Shown here piece after piece: positions 61,249 to 64,000 of a stretch of 64,000 nucleotides of DNA (positions are counted from its first letter, which is position 1; every line of letters begins with the position of its first letter). Location of the stretch: positions 7,771 to 71,770 of the forward strand of contig JBAXXI010000003.1 in the NCBI GenBank assembly GCA_037127955.1, read 5' to 3'. A program made the position numbers and the translations under genes. The notes under the pieces are model-generated. The model was not told where the DNA came from. It saw only the letters and a program-made list of their open reading frames with translations, and made no database searches. The DNA comes from Candidatus Berkelbacteria bacterium. GTDB taxonomy: Bacteria; Patescibacteriota; UBA1384; UBA12157.

Positions 61249-63564
61249 TTAATTTTTGGCTAATTCGTCGGCCTTGATCTTGGCTGCTGGCAAAACTTGA
61301 TAAATGACCGAGGTTTTTTTGAAGATTTTTTTAAAATATTGCGGGTAAGCGTCAAAAAACTCTTCTCCTTGATTGGCCGGATTATAAAGCACAATATACT
61401 CAGCTTTAGATTTACCAACCTGAATCATACGTTCCTCAAAAGTATGCTTATCTTCATAAATTAAATTATATCGATTCAGAACGCCGGTTCGGGGGTAAGC
61501 CGTCATAAATTGATCCAAAACTATCGGAAAAGTATAAACTGTTGAACCAGGAGTTAAGAAAACCGATTTTGGCGGCAAACTTTTCCTAATAAATTCAGCC
61601 ATATCTGCTCCACCAATCGATTTTTCGGTACTTGCGCGAAAACCATTGGCATCTACTGGTTTTAAAAAGATATTTTTCTGATAAGCATTTTTAAAATTAG
61701 TAAATAAATACTGATATGTTGGCGAAAAAAAGATAACTAATAGCGCGATAATGGCAAAACTTGAAAAAATACCGTTTTTAGGTTCGTCAAGATTGAAGAA
61801 TTCAATAATTTTTGGCTTCCATAGCTGCAAAACAATCAAAATGATAGCTAATAATACGATTGGTGCGAAAAAAGTTAAAAAATGTTTACCAAGCCAAATG
61901 TCAGTATTATCAGAGAAAATTTGATTGTAAATAGTGGCTACTGGCGCTAAAACAGTTTTGGTCGAATCTTTAGCTGAAGGGATCAATGCTAAATGAAACT
62001 GAGTTTTAACCATTAATCCAGCTATGACAACCAAAATCACATTACCTAGATACTGACCCCATTTTGGCAGATTAAGTTTAGAAATCAGTTTGTCCAAAAC
62101 TAAAACCATAAAACCAAAAACCAAAGCTAATGTTAAATAATGCCAAGTGATACTGCCGATTAGACGATTAACAAAAATGTAACCTAAGACTTTCAGTAAG
62201 AACACGGCCACTGGCTCTAGATATGCGATTGGCGCAATTAACATTAGAGCAAAAATGAAAACTAATTTACGATTTTTTATGGCGAGAGCCAAGGTGATCG
62301 GCGTTAATAAGTAAGCATATTTCGAATAAATATCGTAATCCTTAAAAGTCCCAAAACGTAATTGTTCAGGATCTAAATTAGTCGTATTTTGAATATTTTC
62401 CGCCATCACTTTAGTAATAATATGACTCTTTAATTCAAGGAAAATAAGAAATGGAACAAAAATAATAAAACTCCCAAGCAAGACCCAACCGATTCGTTGA
62501 ATCACTGTTTTGTAGTCAGGTTCCTGACGCTTCATAATTAACCAAATTACACCAAAAGCCACTAGTAAAACCAAATAATATAAATACTGAGTCAAATGAA
62601 TCGCAGCCATTAAAACTGCCATGACCGAAACTAAAATTAATAATTTTTGATTGGTCGAATCTTCAAAAATATACTTAAAGGTTAATGCTGTCACCAAAGG
62701 AAAAATCAACATATTGTTCAAAGTATCTGGTAAAGGTAAACAAGTAAAAAGATAGCCAGTATTCCAGTTAAAAATATAAATAACCACAAAAGCTACGCCA
62801 ATCCAGCTGAAGAATTTTTTCTGAAAAATTAATTGAAATAACCAACCCCAAATCACAAACGCCATAACCGATAATGGCACGCAAATCGCCTTCCACATAT
62901 TAATATGATCGGTTTGAGTCAAGGTTGAAAGTAAACCCAAGAAGACATGCCAAACCGGTAAACCATAAGCGATATGAATTGTATCACCTTTGACAAAACT
63001 CAAATTTGACGGCGTTAGTGGCTGTTGGCTCACCGCTTTTTGAAGAATAGACATATGAAAATCTGTGTCACCACCGCGCAACAGAGTGCCTGAAATCATT
63101 ACGGAAATCACCACACCGATTGCTACAATAAAGACTAAAAAGTATCCGATATTCTGCGCCTGCCAAATTTTAGTCCAATCAAAGGACCATTTCTCTACCT
63201 CTGTTTTACGCTTAAGATCAAAAAACAAAGCAGTCACTAACAAAACCGGGATTAATATCATAAAAACATCTGTTAGAACCTTTATGGTTAAACCGATCAT
63301 CATTGCCATAAAGCAAAGCAATAAGGAAAAGGCTAAACCTGAAGCAAACCATAGCACAAATTGACCTAGAGAATCGTTAGCAAATTTTATTTTAAATAAT
63401 CGAGTCAAACTAAACCCGGTCACAACCAGAATACCAATAAAAATTAAGGTGATTGACCAAGGTGTTAAAACAGTATTTCTAGCCATGACAAAACTAGCAA
63501 TCAACCATGCAAACATTACTCCGTACTGAACCATAATCATTTTTTTGTTTTTGAAATTAAACAT
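61249..63564 (-). CDS. Large polytopic membrane protein, GT-C-like
   Basis: Many TM helices, GDTDFH loop motif, C-terminal soluble domain IRKSLP...YIVL...IYQV; ATG after AGGAG. Confidence 0.7.
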   Translation of the reverse strand: MFNFKNKKMIMVQYGVMFAWLIASFVMARNTVLTPWSITLIFIGILVVTGFSLTRLFKIKFANDSLGQFVLWFASGLAFSLLLCFMAMMIGLTIKVLTDVFMILIPVLLVTALFFDLKRKTEVEKWSFDWTKIWQAQNIGYFLVFIVAIGVVISVMISGTLLRGGDTDFHMSILQKAVSQQPLTPSNLSFVKGDTIHIAYGLPVWHVFLGLLSTLTQTDHINMWKAICVPLSVMAFVIWGWLFQLIFQKKFFSWIGVAFVVIYIFNWNTGYLFTCLPLPDTLNNMLIFPLVTALTFKYIFEDSTNQKLLILVSVMAVLMAAIHLTQYLYYLVLLVAFGVIWLIMKRQEPDYKTVIQRIGWVLLGSFIIFVPFLIFLELKSHIITKVMAENIQNTTNLDPEQLRFGTFKDYDIYSKYAYLLTPITLALAIKNRKLVFIFALMLIAPIAYLEPVAVFLLKVLGYIFVNRLIGSITWHYLTLALVFGFMVLVLDKLISKLNLPKWGQYLGNVILVVIAGLMVKTQFHLALIPSAKDSTKTVLAPVATIYNQIFSDNTDIWLGKHFLTFFAPIVLLAIILIVLQLWKPKIIEFFNLDEPKNGIFSSFAIIALLVIFFSPTYQYLFTNFKNAYQKNIFLKPVDANGFRASTEKSIGGADMAEFIRKSLPPKSVFLTPGSTVYTFPIVLDQFMTAYPRTGVLNRYNLIYEDKHTFEERMIQVGKSKAEYIVLYNPANQGEEFFDAYPQYFKKIFKKTSVIYQVLPAAKIKADELAKN

Positions 63565-63590
63565 CTTTAAAAATTCTCCTTGCCAACTAC

Positions 63591-64000
63591 TTACTGCCAT
63601 TCTGGCGCCCGACAATTAAGTGGAGCCCGACAACCAGGTGGAAAAATATACTGATTCGAGGCTGCCACCGTATTAATCTTAACTTTATCAACTTGATATA
63701 AATCTGAGATTTGATTTTGATAAACCTTGGTCAAATAGCCAGATAAATTATCGAAATTGACATAATTTTTACTATTTTTTTTGGAAACAACCAATAGATA
63801 ATCAACATTATAAGCCGACAAACATTTGATTTTAATTGACATATCGGTCGTGGATTTATAAATTGCACTGAGCTCACGTTCAGGCTGAGTCCTCTCTGGC
63901 CAAGCCGCCATATGCACATCTACCAAAATCTCTAAATCACGATAAGCTTTATTACTTTCGAAAACTGAACCATATGGCACATTTTTTTGAATATAATTTA
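63591..64000 (-). CDS. C-terminal part of a GT-C-like membrane protein (start outside the window)
   Basis: YIQKNVPYGSVF...YNVDYLLV...VYQN...LYQV resembles the C-domain of the downstream gene. Confidence 0.6.
   Translation of the reverse strand, partial: NYIQKNVPYGSVFESNKAYRDLEILVDVHMAAWPERTQPERELSAIYKSTTDMSIKIKCLSAYNVDYLLVVSKKNSKNYVNFDNLSGYLTKVYQNQISDLYQVDKVKINTVAASNQYIFPPGCRAPLNCRAPEWQ

Overview
AT-rich bacterial chromosome segment in standard code 11. Gene content and style point to Patescibacteria/CPR (inference): reduced metabolism, long charged tails on ribosomal proteins, pilin-like proteins, and an HTH-LAGLIDADG-like gene next to tRNAs. Most of the window is housekeeping (gltX, rplS, rpmA, dnaE, tmk, ndk, xer, ychF, rpsF-ssb-rpsR, efp, groSL, trpS, pyrG, hppA), with two large surface-glycosylation clusters (41-51 kb, 58-64 kb). 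The main discovery is a ~4.5 kb element integrated at the 3' end of tRNA-Arg(GCG) and bounded by a GCACCAT direct repeat (51071-51077 / 55605-55611). The crossover lies inside its large serine recombinase gene. Integrated, the protein ends in a tRNA-derived tail (GAPDRT*); in the reconstructed excised circle it continues in frame for 45 codons encoded at the far end of the element. The element also carries a HEPN-motif (RNAFSH) protein, an HTH protein, a GNRA-tetraloop-rich putative ncRNA and a membrane protein. Also notable: two adjacent secreted-protein genes sharing a 186-bp identical block ahead of unrelated C-termini; a tRNA-Ser 5'-end duplication beside GIY-YIG and LAGLIDADG-like genes; inverted 7-mer-periodic intergenic elements; and several proteins with altered catalytic motifs.
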